A DNA stretch of 64,000 nt, taken from positions 9,253 through 73,252 of the forward strand of contig CAWGKH010000004.1 of the NCBI GenBank assembly GCA_963823025.1. The letters run 5' to 3'. Origin of the DNA: an uncultured Planctomycetota bacterium (lineage in GTDB: Bacteria > Planctomycetota > UBA1135 > UBA2386). The position numbers and the translations under genes are program-made. This document shows positions 63,162 through 64,000 of this stretch, one piece after another. The notes below the pieces were generated by a model. That model searched no databases and was not told the DNA's origin. It saw only the letters and a list, made by a program, of their open reading frames with translations. Positions within the stretch are counted from its first letter, which is position 1. Each line of letters begins with the position of its first letter.

Positions 63162-64000
63162 GGGTCGGTTCGACGGCGGCGTCGCTCGATCTCTGCCAGG
63201 CGTTCGCCCACCTTCTGCTCGAAGCCCCAGTCGCCGGCGGCGTAGAACGCGCGGCCGATCAGCGCGTCCGGCAGGCAGTCCATGTCGGCGACGTGGCCAG
63301 GCTCCCTGGGCGCGAAGCGGTAGGCCTGGCCGTGGCCGAGCTCCTTCGCGAGTCGGGTCGGGGCGTTGCGCAGGTGGAGCGGGATCGGGTGCTGGCGGCC
63401 GCTCGCGCACCTCGCCGAGCGCGCCGTCGATCGCGTCGACGACGCCGCGGCTCTTCGGCGCGGTCGCGAGGTAGATCGCCGCCTCGCAGAGCGGGAGACG
63501 GCCTTCCGGCAGGCCGAGGTTCTGGAACGCGAGCAGTGCACTGGTCGCGATCTGCAGCGCCATCGGGTCGGCGAGGCCGATGTCCTCGGCGGCCATCGCG
63601 AGCATCCGGCGCGCCGCCTGCAACGGATCGGCGCCGGCCTCGAGGAAGCGCGCCAGCCAGTAGACCGACGCGTGCACGTCCGAGTTGCGCAGCGACTTGT
63701 GGAACGCGCTGAGCAGATCGAAGTGGTGGTCGCCCGACTTGTCGTGCGCGAGGGCACGCTGCTGCGCGGCCTCGGCGATCTGCTCGACGTCGATCGCGGC
63801 ACCGCTCTGTGCGGCGATCGCGGCCGCGGCCTCGAGCGCGTTGAGCGCGCGGCGGGCGTCGCCGTTCGCGAACCAGCACAGCCGCTCCCGCGCCTCGTGG
63901 TGTCAGCTCGAGCCGCATCGCGCCGAGGCCGTGCTCGCTCGTCGGCGAGCGCACGGTCGATGACGAGCCCGATCGCCGCGTCGTCGAGCGGCCGCAGGTT
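63158..64000 (-). CDS. rarA: Replication-associated recombination protein A (MgsA/RarA), 5' part outside the window, about 3 frame breaks (near 63400, 63905 and 63935)
   Basis: FANGDARRALNALE, DKSGDHHFDLLSAFHKSLRNSDVHASVYWLARFLEAGADP, LAMAAEDIGLADP, LPEGRLPLCEAAIYLATAPKS and, in another frame, IPLHLRNAPTRLAKELGHGQAYRF. Confidence 0.85.
   Translation of the reverse strand, partial: NLRPLDDAAIGLVIDRALADERARPRRDAARADTTRRGSGCAGSRTATPAARSTRSRPRPRSPHRAVPRSTSSRSPRPRSSVPSRTTSRATTTSICSARSTSRCATRTCTRRSTGWRASSRPAPIRCRRRAGCSRWPPRTSASPTRWRCRSRPVHCSRSRTSACRKAVSRSARRRSTSRPRRRAAASSTRSTARSARCASGRQHPIPLHLRNAPTRLAKELGHGQAYRFAPREPGHVADMDCLPDALIGRAFYAAGDWGFEQKVGERLAEIERRRRRTDP

Overview
This is a 64 kb, very GC-rich (about 70% by eye, not computed) bacterial chromosomal window. 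I found no rRNA, tRNA, CRISPR array or intact mobile element. Gene content suggests a Planctomycetota- or Myxococcota-like organism: two ECF sigma factor / Ser-Thr kinase pairs, a DUF4388 protein, an atypical RbfA-like protein and many Sec-signal proteins. The sequence alone cannot settle this.

Main blocks:
- 1-1.2 kb: 3' part of a RecD2-like helicase.
- 2.5-9.3 kb, minus strand: a tightly overlapping seven-gene operon. It encodes a lysine 2,3-aminomutase (KamA), a YkgJ Cys-cluster protein, two Ddl-like ATP-grasp ligases, a GNAT-HDAC fusion and two GNATs. I consider it the best candidate for an undescribed beta-lysine conjugate or modification pathway.
- 9.6-12.9 kb: two tandem 524-aa secreted paralogs.
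- 13-17 kb: DUF1963, DUF3052 and an ABC exporter pair.
- 17-18.3 kb: citrate synthase with about 11 frame breaks.
- 18.4-21.8 kb: esterase, DMT transporter, DUF4388 protein.
- 21.8-26.4 kb: a giant Ser/Thr kinase-TPR protein plus a TIGR02999-type ECF sigma factor.
- 26.5-30.6 kb: GH63-like glucosidase (about 20 frame breaks) and glgC.
- 30.7-43 kb, minus-strand gene train, listed in transcription order: an 842-aa internally repetitive protein of unknown function, a GT2 glycosyltransferase, a small Cys-rich membrane protein, an MscS channel, aceE, aceF, a small Cys-rich ORF and a membrane-anchored protein.
- 43.1-51.7 kb: a PepSY protein with a His/Glu-rich tail, an OmpR/HK two-component system and an MFP-RND-OMP efflux operon.
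- 51.7-52.4 kb: an Rpn-family C-terminal remnant.
- 52.4-63 kb: a cluster of secreted proteins, a repeat lipoprotein, DUF72, an RbfA-like protein, and a second kinase - secreted protein - ECF sigma operon.
- 63.2-64 kb: rarA, truncated by the window edge.

Cross-cutting observations:
- Five otherwise dissimilar secreted proteins share a C-terminal module.
- A palindromic element of about 30-47 nt occurs four times.
- Frame-breaking indels are strongly clustered in two genes and absent from stretches of up to 15 kb.

All coordinates and frame-break positions come from manual reading and are approximate where stated.
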